From Octopus vulgaris (taxonomy: Eukaryota): DNA of 64,000 nt. A program made the translations under genes and the position numbers. This document shows, piece after piece, positions 13,887 through 26,121 of this stretch. Position 1 is the first letter of the stretch. Each line of letters begins with the position of its first letter. Under the pieces are notes generated by a model. That model was not told where the DNA came from, searched no databases, and saw only the letters and a list, made by a program, of their open reading frames with translations. The stretch spans positions 61,256,001 to 61,320,000 of the forward strand of contig OX597833.1 in NCBI GenBank assembly GCA_951406725.2, in the 5' to 3' direction.

Positions 13887-14459
13887 TATTTCTTTACTAC
13901 CCACAAGGCGCTAAACACAGAGAGGACAAACAAGGACAGACAAACGGATCAAGTCAATTATATTGACCCCAGTGCGTAACTGGTACTTATTTAATCAACC
14001 CCAAAAGGATGAAAGGCAAAGTCGACCTTGTCGGAATCTGAACTCAGAATGTAGCGGCAGACGAAATACCTATTTCTTTACTACCCACAAGGGGCTAAAC
14101 ACAGAGAGGACAAACAAGGACAGACAAACAGTTTAAGTCGATTATATCGACCCCAGTGCGTAATTGGTACTTATTTAATCGACCCCAAAAGGATGAAAGG
14201 CAAAGTCGACCTTGGTGGAATTTGAACTCAGAACGTAGTGGCAGACGAAATACCTATTTCTTTACTACCCACAAGGAGAGACAAATGGATTAAGTCAATT
14301 ATATCGATTCCAGTGTGTAACTGGTACTTATTTAAACGACCCTGAAAGGATGAAAGGCAAAGTCAACCTCGGTGGAATTTGAACTCTGAATGTAGCGGCA
14401 GACGAAATACCACTAAGCATTTCGCCTGGCGTGCTAACATTTCTGCCAGCTCGCCGCCA
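13887..14459 (-). mobile_element. SINE family A trimer with an 18-bp TSD
   Basis: Units start at 13887, 14071 and 14255 (period 184). TSD tcatggagaaatattacc at 13869-13886 and 14462-14479. Confidence 0.9.
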
Positions 14460-14967
14460 TTTCATGGAGAAATATTACCTTACTTGGAATCAAATGAGGG
14501 TTGGCATCAGGAAGAACGTCCGGCTGTGGAAAGTCTGCTTCTACAAATTTCATCCAACTCATGTAAGCATGGAAAAGTGGACGTTAAAAATGACGATGTA
14601 CATGCAAATATCAAACAACAACAACAACAACAACAGAATAATCATTTTTAAAGACAATTTTAATTATTGGAAAAAAACAAAATTATCATCTTATATATCA
14701 TAACCAACTGTTGGATAACAGTAGTTCAAATTTCAAAAGCAGTGCTCGAAAAAGTGGCATAATATCCTGTGGTCAATGGAATGGGGGGAGGGAGGTATTT
14801 GTCTCCCTGTATTTTTAAGGTTAATATACTTCCTTATATATTTGTGAGGTAAACAATAGTCTTCCTATATTCTTAAGATAAAGCAAATGTTTACCTTAAA
14901 AACTATATGGAAACATGTTTAAGTTAAATCAGCATAGAAAGTGGCTGTAAAATGTTGATGATATGCA

Positions 14968-15556
14968 TGGGAGAGGGAGAGGGGAGAGAGAGAGAGGGAG
15001 AGAGAGAGAAAGAGAAAGGGAGAGAGAAAGGAAGACAGAGAGAGAAAGGGGAGAGAAAGAGAAAGGGAGAGAGAGAAAAAGGGAGAGAGGGAGAAAGGGA
15101 GAGAGGGAGAAAGGGGGAGAGAGAGGAAGAAAGGGAGAGAGAGAGGGAGAAAGGGAGAGAGAGAGAAAGAGAAAGGGAGAGAGAGAAAGAGAAAGGGAGA
15201 GAGAGAAAAAGGGAGAGAGAGAAAGGGAGAGAGGGAGAAAGGAGAGGGAGAGAGAGAGAGGGAGAAAGGGAGAGAGGGAGGGAGAAAGGGAGAGAGAGAG
15301 GGAGAAAGGGAGAGAGAGAAAAAGGGAGAGAGGGAGAAAGAGAGGGAGAGAGAGAGGGAGAAAGGGGGAGAGAGAGGAAGAAAGGGAGAGAGAGAGGGAG
15401 AAAGGGAGAGAGAGAGGGAGAGGGAGAGAGAGAGGGAGAAAGGGAGAGAGAGAGGGAGAGGGAGAGGGAGAAAGGGAGAGAGAGAGGGAGAGGGAGAGAG
15501 AGAGGGAGAAAGGGAGAGAGAGAGGGAGAGGGAGAAAGGGAGAGAGAGAGAGAGGG
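14968..15556. repeat. ~590-bp pure-purine (GA-rich) satellite
   Basis: Almost exclusively G/A, with a gggagagagagagggagaaa motif. Source of the spurious RE/SL ORFs. Confidence 0.95.
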
Positions 15557-16474
15557 AAAACAAACACTGCAAGTGAGTACCCCAAGAAAATATTTTAACC
15601 CTTTGCCTGTTCTGTGTGTTGCATGTAATACACAGGGAACATTTCCCCTGATGTTGATGTATCATATATGGTACATATTCCCAATTGTCCTTTTTTTTTT
15701 CTCAACCAGCAGATATTACTCAAAACGTATGAGAGAAGGGCAAATTAAAAGCATAAGAACAAACAAGAATGTTAAGAACAAACCTATGAAAAATGCTTTG
15801 GACAAGCAAAAGGGTCAAGATATAATTTAGTCTTTGTGTTTGTCATGTCTGCCAATCCAATAACATTATTATGAGAGAAAGAGGAGCAGAGGTGTTTAAA
15901 ACAAAACCTTTTGCTTCCCGAAAGGAAAAATTGATGAACTCTGGTGTAAATAATGTCACAGGAAATGAAAAGAAAAAATCTTCAAAATTTTGTTTAGATG
16001 TAAGAATATTTGAGTGGAATGGGTTAAAAAATTGCAAGTTGAAAAATAAAATCATCACTGATTTGATGTATTGTATTCTTAGTAAAATCATCAAGAAAAT
16101 AACAAATCGGTGATGGTTGTGGTGTGAGTGTGTGTGTGTGTGTGGTATTTATGAAACAATTAATGACAAAAGAGAACAATCAGAAATAGTAAACGATAAG
16201 ATAAGAAAATTCTTGGAGTGAATGTACTGACTCACCAAGTCAATATTTTAAAGGAAAATATGAGAACAAGGAGAGAAAAATACATACAAAAACAAAAAAA
16301 AAATTATAATAAAAGACAATGAGAAACAGAAAAGAAAACCATTGTGTATGATCTTAAATTGGTATTTGACCAATTTAAGATTCATACAGGAATGGTTTTC
16401 TTTACAAAATATTTTAGTAGAAAATACAAAAAAAAATAGTAAATAAAAAATGAAAAAAATTGTGGAATTTTTAG

Positions 16475-16740
16475 TTAGTTTGATGATGGACCTTGAACTT
16501 CACGTGCAGCGAGTATGAGTGGTTTGAGTGAGGAGAGAGGCTTACAATTTGAGAGAAATTCATGACGGAGAAGATCCTGTGCAGATGCTCGGTTTTCAAC
16601 CTCAACTTCAAGACATTTGTAAATAAACTCTCGTAAAAGCGGGGGCAACGAATCCTCCTTTTTGATTTCAGGTTTACCACATTTAGCAATCATGAAGATT
16701 GCCTTGAGAGGCCTTTCTGCGAGGTAAGGGGGTTCTCCTT
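16475..16740 (-). pseudogene. Partial duplicate of the PAK terminal exon (GEPPYL to stop) without an acceptor
   Basis: Near-identical to 17172-17437. Part of tandem unit ~16064-16740 versus ~16741-17438. No polypyrimidine tract upstream. Confidence 0.85.
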
Positions 16741-17171
16741 TGATGTTTTGTATTCTTAGTGAACCATCAAGAAAATAACAAATTGATGGTGGTGGTGGTG
16801 GTGTGTGTGGTATTTATGAAACAGTTAATTAATGACAAAAGAGAACAACCAGAAATAGTAAATGACAAGATAAGAAAAGTCTTGGAGTGAGTGTACTGAC
16901 TCACCAAGTCAATATTTTAAAGGAAAATATGAGAACAAGGAGAGAAAAATACATACAAAAACCAAAATAATAATAATAATTATAATAATAAAAGACAATG
17001 AGAAAGAGGAAAGAAAACCAATGTGTTTGATCTTAAATTGGTATTTGACCAATTTAAGATTCATACAGAATGGCTTCCTTTATAAAATATTTTAGTAGAA
17101 AATACAAAAAAAAAATGAAAAAGGTAAAAAAAATAGTAAATAAAAATGAAAAAAAATTGTGGAATTTTTAG

Positions 17172-17499
17172 TTAGTTTGATGATAGACCTCGGACTTCAC
17201 GTGCAGCGAGTATGAGTGGTTTGAGTGAGGAGAGAGGCTTGCAATTTGCGAGAAATTTATGACGGAGAAGATCCTGTGCAGATGCCCGGCTTTCCACCTC
17301 CACTTCAAGACATTTGTAAATAAACTCTTTTAAAAGTGGGGACAACGAATCCTCCTTTTTGATTTCAGGTTTACCATATTTAGCAATCATGAAGATTGCT
17401 TTGAGAGGCCTTTCTGAGAGGTAAGGGGGTTCTCCTTCCAGCATTTCAATAATCATGATTCCAAGACTCCAGATATCCACTTTGTTTCCGTATGGTTTC
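17172..17499 (-). CDS. PAK3: PAK terminal coding exon (kinase IX-XI and C-terminal SSLxPLI motif)
   Basis: tgttttag acceptor. [27 protein letters not shown]...[19 protein letters not shown]. The six exons sum to 1356 nt, i.e. 451 aa plus stop. Confidence 0.94.
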
Positions 17500-18119
17500 C
17501 TAAAACAATTACAAATAACAATAAATGAACTGAATATACATATACATATGTGTGCAGGTGTGAGAGAGAGAGAGAGATGTGTATATAATGTGTGTATGTG
17601 TGTGTGGATGCAACAAATATTTAACAGGTCAAAGGTAACATTACAGGTGATAGATGGAAAATCTGGACAAAGGCTGAAAAGCAATGAAGTTCAAATCCTG
17701 ATGGCTTCCAATCACCCAAATTATTTCTCTTCACAGGTATGGGATGCAACACAGGTGTGATATAACACAGAACAGACCCCAACAGGAAAATGTGTGAAGC
17801 ATACGTGGATACGTGTCTGTATCATCATCATTCAATGTCTTCTCTCCATGCTGGCATGGATTAGACAGTTTGATTGGGGCTGAGGAGACGGAAAGCTGCA
17901 CCAGGTTCCAGTTTGATTTGTTATGGTTTCTACAACTGGATGCCCTTCCTAATGCCAACCACTCCATCTGGAAGTATGCTGTGCGTGAGAAGACCCGGCA
18001 GGACAAGTGAGACCATAACCCGTGGCCTTCTACACGAGATGTAGCCAGTCCACTTATGCATACTTTCCCTTCTTGGGACACAAAACTCTACTTGTGAAGA
18101 CCTGTTGAGGCAAGTCAGA

Positions 18120-18502
18120 ATCAGAATTGAAATCGATCAATGGAAATTGCAGCTGAAATACCAGTGCCGGTGGCACGTAAGAGAACCATCCGAACGTGGC
18201 CGTTGCCAGCGCCGCCCCGACTGGCCTCGTGCTGGTGGCACGTAAAAAACACCATCCGTTCGTGGCCGTTGCCAGCCTCGCCTGGCCCTTGTGCCGGTGG
18301 CACATAAAAAGCACAATCCGATCATGGCCGTTTGCCAGACTCGTCTGGCACCTGTGCCGGTGGCACATAAAAAGCACCCACTACACTCATGGAGTGGTTG
18401 GCGTTAGGAAGGGCATCCAGCCTTCTGGCTTCACAGACCCCAGTTGAATCGTCCAACCCATGCTAGCATGGAAAGCGGACGCTAAACGATGATGATGATG
18501 AT
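18120..18502 (+). mobile_element. SINE family C with internal ~62-bp repeats
   Basis: Repeated GGTGGCACGTAAAAAGCACC, family C body, (GAT)n tail. Confidence 0.8.
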
Positions 18503-18519
18503 ATATATATATATATAAT

Positions 18520-18878
18520 ATGAGGGAATATTATTCCAAACTTACAGGGAAAAATTCAATTTAGAAATACTAAATCAAATTTCACAAAATATAATATATA
18601 TATATAAATTAGAAAAAAACCCCACCTTTTATCAATTCAATAATGAAAAATTAAATTATACCATTTAGAAAAATTACATATAGAAAGATTAAATATAAGA
18701 TAAAACATATAACGATGATTAAGTAATTTGCAAAATAATAAATAAAATGTATATATTTATTATTTTGCAAATTACTTAATCATTGCTATATGTTTTATCT
18801 TATATTTAATCTTTCTATAAGATGTAATTTTTCTGAATGGTATAATTTAATTTTTCATTATTGAATTGGTAAAAGGTG
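18520..18878. mobile_element. AT-rich dispersed repeat in fold-back form (single-arm copies at ~10606-10840 and ~21385-21622)
   Basis: Three recognisable copies; inverted arms at 18623-18744 and 18754-18878. Confidence 0.75.
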
Positions 18879-18881
18879 TTT

Positions 18882-18925
<44 letters not shown>

Positions 18926-19371
18926 TGTTGATAACATGGTTTAAAAAAGTTGAAGGCTGCTCATGGACTCGAATGCACATCTGTAAATATGGTAAGGCTT
19001 CTACCATTGGGCCAAAGCATTCCTTTGAAAATTTCTATCCATTTTAGAAGCTTCTACTTATTCCATCCAAGAGTTTGAATCTAATGTGGAATGCTCCAGT
19101 TCTCGTCCAATCACTGAAGTTAAGCAACTGGATCACAGCTAAACTGCAGTGAAGAAAACCAGTGCCACTCGTACAGAAAGTGGAGGCAAACAGCAGCTCA
19201 GTAGACTGAGGATATCCATGCAGGGATAAAGAAGAAATAAGAGAGGGAGAAATGGAGAGATATAGTGAGATAGGAAAGAGAAAAGAGAAAAGGGAGAGGG
19301 AGAAAGGAGAGAGAGAGAAGAGAAAAGGAGAAATAAAGAGGAGAGAGACAGGCAAAGAAGACAGAGGGGAG

Positions 19372-19690
19372 ATCATCATCATCATCATTTAACGTTTTCC
19401 GTGCTAGCACGGGTTGGACGGTTCGACCAGGGTCTGGGAAACCAGGGGGCTGCACCAGGCTCCAGTCTGATCTGGCAGTGTTTCTACAGCTGGATGCCCT
19501 TCCTAACGCCAACCACTCCGTGAGTGTAGTGGGTGCTTTTTACATGCAACTGGCACAAGTGTGAGGGGAGGCTGGCAACAGCCATGATCGGTTGGTGCTT
19601 TTTACGAGCCACCGGCACAGAAGCCAGTCAAGGCGGCGCTGGCATCGGCCACATTCGGATGGTGCTTTTTACGTGCCTCCGGCACAGGTA
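19372..19690 (-). mobile_element. SINE family C
   Basis: Reverse-complement match with (ATC)n tail. Confidence 0.8.
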
Positions 19691-19788
19691 TGGAAGAGAA
19701 AATGGAATAGAAAGGAGAGATAGAGAAAAAGGTAGAAAGAATGTGGAGAGAGAGAGAGAGATGAAATTAAATGTAAAAAAATAGTTAC

Positions 19789-20265
19789 CGTGAAACGACT
19801 TCTGGTGCCATCCAATAAGGGGTGCCGACCATAGTGTGCCGTTGGCTACTATTTTCAGCTAATTGAGCACAAAACCCAAAATCAGTGAGTTTTACTTGGC
19901 CGTCCAAACCGAGCAGGACATTGTCGCTTTTAATGTCTCTGTGAATAATATTTCGTTGATGAAGATAATCAAGTCCTCGTAGACTTTCCCGACACACAGC
20001 AGCAATTTGACCTTCGTTCATAACTGTTTCCATTACGACATCAGTGAGGGCTCCACCATCCAGATATTCCATGACAACCCACAGGTTTTCTCCAACAAGA
20101 TAACAATCCAGAAAGTTTACAAGATTTGGGTGACTGACTTCTTTCAGAACTTCAATTTCAGTAATAATTAATTCTTTCTTCGGCTGATTATGCAAATTCA
20201 TCTTCTTTATAGCAACTATGTTGCCTGTATTTTTATCAGTTGCCTTAGAAACTGCTCCGGATGCC
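19789..20265 (-). CDS. PAK3: PAK coding exon 5 (kinase subdomains I-VIII)
   Basis: ttcattag/GTAACT, phase 2 to 2. Contains [28 protein letters not shown] and [12 protein letters not shown]. Confidence 0.96.
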
Positions 20266-21523
20266 CTAATGAACAAAGAGAAAGAGAGTGAAAAACAACA
20301 ACTATATTTTTTTCAAATTACGGCACAAGGCCAGCAATTTTTAATGGGAGGGGGATGGTTGAGTTCATCAAACCCAGTACATGACTGGTACTTACTTTGT
20401 CAACCTAGAAAAAAAAAATGACAGGCAAAATTGACCAGATGGGATTTTAACTCAGAGAATAAAGAAGCAGTAAAAAATGCTAAGCCAGATCAGACTGGGC
20501 CTGATGCAGCCTTCTGGCTTCACAGACCCCAGTTGAACCGTCCAACCCATGCTAGCATGGAAAGCAGATGCTAAATGATGATGATGATGATGTAATCAAA
20601 ACAAAATCCATCAAAAGATATTATCTTAAATCTTATCAGTTTTACTACACCATCACTGATAAACAGCAAAAAGCTAATGGCATGTAAGGCGTGCTTTATC
20701 AAATGTTTCCTGATATTTTAACTCGTTCTATTACTCCTCATAATATTTGCCAGTCATGCATAAGCAAAGTGCAAGTGTGGCTGATGGGTTAAGAAGCTTG
20801 CTTTTCAACCACATGGTTCCGGGTTCAGTACCACTGCATGGCACCTTGGGAAAGTATCTTCTACAATAGCTCCAGGACAACCAAAGCCATGCAAGTGGAT
20901 TTGGCAGACAGAAACTGATAGAAGCTTACGTTATAATGCATAAATCTCTTGGCATTTGAGTCACTCTGTAAATTATGTTGATTCATCATCATCATCATCA
21001 TCATCGTTTAATGTCCGTCTTCCATGCTGGCATGGGTGGGATGGTTAGACAAGAGCTGACCAGGCAGAAGCCTGCACCAGACTTCTGTAACTGTTTTGGA
21101 AGGATTTTTATAGCTGGATGCCCTTCCTAACACCAGCCACTCACCAGAGTGGACTAATACTAATATTATTGATAACAAAAAAATATATGTACTTGTGTTT
21201 TGAGGTCTATTTTCAACCACATATGTGCTTTGCGTATTTGTTGGTAGGCTGCGATGTGGCATGGTGGAGAATACTGTCTCAAAGCGCTCGATGTTAACAC
21301 TCAATCGCAGCCTATCAGCAAATACAGTGAGAGTATATGCGGTTGATAATGTTTATTATTACACTAGTGCTGCTTCTAATTCCATATTTATTATTTTGCA
21401 ATTTACTTAATCATTGGTATATTATTGTTATTTTATTTTTAATATTTCTATTATATGTAATTTTCTAGATGGTGTAATTTAATTGTTCATTTTGAATTGA
21501 TAAAAGGTGGGTTTTTTTCTAAT

Positions 21524-21570
<47 letters not shown>

Positions 21571-22300
21571 TTTGTGAAATTTGATTTAGTTTTTCTAAAC
21601 TGAATTTTTCCCTGTAAGTTAGGTCAACTGCCTTTCTTCCTTTCGGGATCAATAAATTAAGTACCAGGGTTGAGGAGATCGACTTTCCCCATCCCCCAAA
21701 ATTTCAGGCCTTGTGCTTATAGTAGAAAGGATTATTATTATTATTACTACTACCATTCTGCTGCTCTTCACCCCTTTCTGTACTGTCAGTCACTACCTGC
21801 TCTTCCTTACCTGCCCCCCGAAATCATATGCATTATCAATGAGTCTTCCACTCCCTAACCCTACTCAATCTCTACAGTTATCACCTACTCTTCCCTGCTT
21901 TCCCCAAAGCGTATTTTTCACTGACCACCCTTCAAACCTTGCTCTTCTCTCATTATATTCACAACCACACCCATCCCCATCTCCAACCATCCTGCACTCC
22001 CCCATACACTTCTGAAACCCCTACACACCCACACTCCCAATTCCTCTGTCTCCAGGCCTTTTCGCCTTCTTGTACCTTGAGGGTCACTCTGTAGATTTAA
22101 TTGATCAGAGCTAAACAACAACAAACATACAGAAAGAAAGAAACTTAAGAGAGAGACAGAGAGTGAGAACTAATTGCATCACATTGCAAGCAGCTGTTGC
22201 AAGTCAGACTGTGCAATATAATCCACAACTGGATTGTGGAGATAAGGCATTATCTAAGTTATGGATTTTATATGGGCTCATATTTATTTATTTTTTCTTT

Positions 22301-22598
22301 TGTTCCTTCTCGAGCCATGCCTGGCTCATAAGGGCCGGTTTCCCGGTTTCCTTGGCATATAAGTTCCCCACCTAGACGGGACGCCGGTCTGTCGCAGGTG
22401 AGCTGCTTGATGCAGGAGGAAAGAGTAAGAGAAAGTTGTGGCGAAAAAGTCAGCAGAGGTTCATCATTACCTTCTGCCGGAGCCGCGTGGCGCTTAGGTG
22501 TTTCGCTCATAAACACACACATCGCCCAGTCTGAGATTTGAACTCGCGATCCCTCGACCGCGACTCCGCTGCTCTAACCACTAGGCCACGTGCCTCCA
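22301..22598 (-). mobile_element. SINE family D with an alternative 3' tail (other copies ~33033-33302, 45744-46040, 47156-47356)
   Basis: Same head and body as 11618 but ends ...GGCATGGCTCGAGAAGGAACAA. Confidence 0.8.
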
Positions 22599-22998
22599 CA
22601 TATGGGTTCATACATCATCATCATCGTCATCATTTACCATCTGTCTTCTATGCTGCTATGGTTTGGAGATGGCTGGACAGGAGCTGGAAAGCCAGAGGGC
22701 TGCATCAAATGCCAGTGTCTGCTTTGGCATGGTTTCTGCAGCTGGATGCCCTCCCTGACACCAACCATCTTAAAGAGTATATTGTATGCTTTTTACATGG
22801 TGCCAGCATCAGTAAGTAATCACCAAGTAATTCACAAGACGAGACTCCCTTAACTGATGGAATGGGGAGCGAGCTTGAGGAAGGAGGCTTTATGTCCAGA
22901 TCGGGGACAGGTGTCTTGCCGTAGAGAAGATGCATGGTTACTCACTTAATCCATAAATCTATTGCCTACAATCTATTGATCTTATACAGTCAGGATTG

Positions 22999-23175
22999 GC
23001 GGTGGCTGCTGCTGCCACCACTACTGCTGCTGCCAATACTACTGCTACTACTACTACTACTACTACTACTGCTGCTACTACTGCTACTACTACTACTACT
23101 ACTACTTCTGCTGCTGCTACTGCTGCTGCTGCTGCTACTACTACTGCTGCTGCTACTGCTACTACTACTACTGCA
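22999..23175. repeat. (CTA)n/(CTG)n trinucleotide repeat ~30 bp from the PAK exon 4 donor
   Basis: Direct inspection. Confidence 0.95.
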
Positions 23176-23204
23176 AGTAATAAAGTAAATCAATGTTTAC
23201 ATAC

Positions 23205-23268
23205 CCGGCACCCAAGTCAACTCCAAGGGTATATTTTTCCTCAGGATTATCCGAGTTCACTAAAGCTT
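23205..23268 (-). CDS. PAK3: PAK coding exon 4 (64 nt, start of kinase domain)
   Basis: ttgcag/GTATGT, phase 1 to 2. EALVNSDNPEEKYTLGVDLGAG aligns with PAK1 [21 protein letters not shown]. Confidence 0.87.
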
Positions 23269-23640
23269 CTGCAATGAAAATATTCAAAATAATTATAAAA
23301 ATTTGTCATGCACCCGGGCTCTGCATATTATAAGCTCATTATTATTATTATTTTACTTTTTACCTTTATTGTTATTTTATTTATATATGTTATTAAAGAC
23401 GACTCTGAACAGGAAGAGAAACAAATATTTCAGTAAGGCTTAGTGTTAATTCTATAAACAAGCTATCATGTCAGTTAATAAATTTATCACAGTGCAACAC
23501 ACACAGTCAGAAAGTTAGACACAGAAACTCCTACACATGTAGTCACACAAACACACACACACAATACATTTGCTAGATTCAATCTGTTGCTAGTTTAACA
23601 GCTTTACATGTGGCAGAGATAAAAGTTCTATCAACAAGAC

Positions 23641-23802
23641 GCAGGAGTGGCTGTGTGGTAAGTAGCTTGTTTAGCAACCACATGGTTCCAGGTTCAGTGC
23701 CATTGCGTGGCACCTTGGGCAAGTGTCTTCTACTATAGCCTCGGGCCGACCAAAGCCTTGTGAGTGGATTTGGTAGACGGAAACTGAAAGAAGCCCGCCG
23801 TA

Positions 23803-23846
<44 letters not shown>

Positions 23847-24221
23847 AGTGTATGTTTGTGTGTCTGTTTGTCCCCCTAGCATTGCTTGACAACCGATGCT
23901 GGTGTGTTTATGTCCCCGTTACTTAGCGGTTCGGCAAAAGAGACCGATAGAATAAGTACTGGGCTTACAAAAGAATAAGTCCCGGGGTCGAGTTGCTCGA
24001 TTAACCCCTTACCCAACAATTATTTTGAAAATAAATGTAATTTTTCAGAAATATTTTTTAATTGTCGATTTTGGCGAGTCTATCTTTTGACGAGTTAACT
24101 CGCCAGAGATAGAAAAAAACGATTTAGGTCAAAACGCATATATTCGTTTCTGCCGGGTAAGGGGTTAAAGGCGGTGCTCTAGCATGGCCGCAGTCAAATG
24201 ACTGAAACAAGTAAAGGAGGA
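23641..24221 (+). mobile_element. SINE family B (CORE-like CCTTGGGCAAGTG) carrying a piggyBac-type MITE
   Basis: TGGCTGTGTGG A box, GGTTCAGT B-box-like, internal microsatellite. Near-identical to 24405-24806. Confidence 0.85.
24005..24164. mobile_element. piggyBac-type MITE (160 bp)
   Basis: Perfect 10-bp TIRs CCCCTTACCC/GGGTAAGGGG, TTAA on both sides. Confidence 0.9.
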
Positions 24222-24404
24222 GTAAGACACTTATGCAAAATAACATACAATGGAACTGAATCAGACCAAATCATTGATAAGCAGTAAAACAAAGAACATT
24301 TTGAAAAGTTGGCTGTCATTTCTAGAATTATTCTTCGAGCGTGAATCGTTACTGCGTCGCTTTACTAGCATTTGTGCTGGTGGCACGTGAAAAAAAACAT
24401 GTTC

Positions 24405-24806
24405 AGGAGTGGCTGTGTGGTAAGTAGTTTGCTAACCAACCACATGGTTCCGGGTTCAGTCCCACTGCGTGGCACCTTGGGCAAGTGTCTTCTACTATAG
24501 CCTCGGGCCGACCAAAGCCTTGTGAGTGGATTTGGCAGACGGAAACTGAAAGAAGCCCGTCGTATATATGTATATATATATATGTGTGTGTGTGTGTGTT
24601 TGTGTCTGTGTTTGTCCCCCTAGCATTGCTTGACAACCGATGCTGGTGTGTTTATGTCCCCGTTACTTAGCGGTTCGGCAAAAGAGACCGATAGAATAAG
24701 TACTGGGCTTACAAAAGAATAAGTCCCGGGGTCGAGTTGCTCGATTAAAGGTGGTGCTCCAGCACGGCCGCAGTCAAATGACTGAAACAAGTAAAAGAGT
24801 AAAGAG
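24405..24806 (+). mobile_element. SINE family B, full length (other copies ~26938-27336, 38512-38909 minus, 48165-48597, 58068-58434)
   Basis: Multi-copy; tail GACTGAAACAAGTAAAAGAGTAAAG. Confidence 0.88.
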
Positions 24807-25069
24807 TATTTGAGCGAGGTTGTCACCAGTGCTGCTGGACTGGCTCCTGTACTTGTGGCACATAAAAAAAGCACCATTTGAGCGTGGCCGTTGCCAGTAC
24901 CACCAAACTGTTCCTCGTGCTGACTATGCAGCTGAGAAGCTTGCTTCCCAATCAAGTAGTTTCAAGTTCAGTCCCACTGTGTGGCATCATGTGAAAGTGT
25001 CTTCTACTGTAGCTCCAGGCTGACCACAGCATTGTAGGTGGATTTGGTAGATGGAAACTGAAGCCTACC

Positions 25070-25198
25070 ATGTGTGCTTGAGTGTTTGTGTGTGAGCGTG
25101 TGTGCATGTGTGTGTATGTATGTGTGTGTGTGTGTGTATGTATGTGTGTATGTATGTTTGTGTATGTATGTGTGTGTATGTGTGTGTATGTATGTATG

Positions 25199-25229
<31 letters not shown>

Positions 25230-25429
25230 GTGTGTATGTGTGTGTGTATGTATGTGTGTGTATGTATATGTGTGTGTATGTATGTGTGTATATGTGTGTA
25301 TGTATGTGTGTATGTGTGTGTATGTATGTATATGTGTATATGTGTATGTATGTTTGTGTGTATGTATGTTTGTGCGCATGTATGTTTGTGTGTGTATGTG
25401 TGTATGTATATGTGTGTATGTATGTTTGT

Positions 25430-25469
<40 letters not shown>

Positions 25470-25548
25470 GTGTATGTATGTATGTGTGTATGTATATGTG
25501 TGTATGTGTGTATGTATGTGTGTGTGTGTGTGTATGTATATGTGTGTA

Positions 25549-25589
<41 letters not shown>

Positions 25590-25822
25590 GTGTGTATGTA
25601 TGTGTGTATGTGTGTGTATGTATATGTGTGTATGTATATGTGTGTATGTATGTGTGTGTGTATGTGTGTGTGTATGTATGTGTGTGTGTATGTGTGTGTG
25701 TATGTGTGTGTGTATGTATATGTGTGTATGTGTGTGTATGTATATGTGTGTATGTATGTGTTTGTGTGTGTGTATGTATGTGTGTGTGTATGTATATGTG
25801 TGTGTGTATATATGTGTGTGTG
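25070..25822. repeat. (TG)n/(TATG)n microsatellite, ~750 bp
   Basis: Direct inspection. Confidence 0.95.
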
Positions 25823-26121
25823 TTCTTGGCTTGACATCACATAACTGTAAAAACCACCATCACTGTCACAAATGATGTTTGCAGTCTTCTGTGACAAGCA
25901 TGTCTGGCCAAGGGGAAAACATCAACTTGCATTGAAACCGGTGAGGGTTGGCAACAGGAATGGAATTTGGGGCTGTTGAAAATCTGTCTTAACAAATTCC
26001 ATCAGACCCATGCAAGGAGAGAAAAGTGAACATTAAAATGATGAAGACACACACATACACACACACACCCAAAAAAGAGAAGTGGGGACCATTGATACAA
26101 CGTCCTTTAAAGATTATTTAC

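Noticed and set aside
14919-15830. Long ORFs of 211-292 aa (RE/SL-rich)
   Set aside because: Translations of a GA satellite, open in several frames on both strands.
25004-25897. Long HT/VC-rich ORFs (also at 6.1, 11, 40.5, 56 and 59 kb)
   Set aside because: Dinucleotide microsatellite artefacts.
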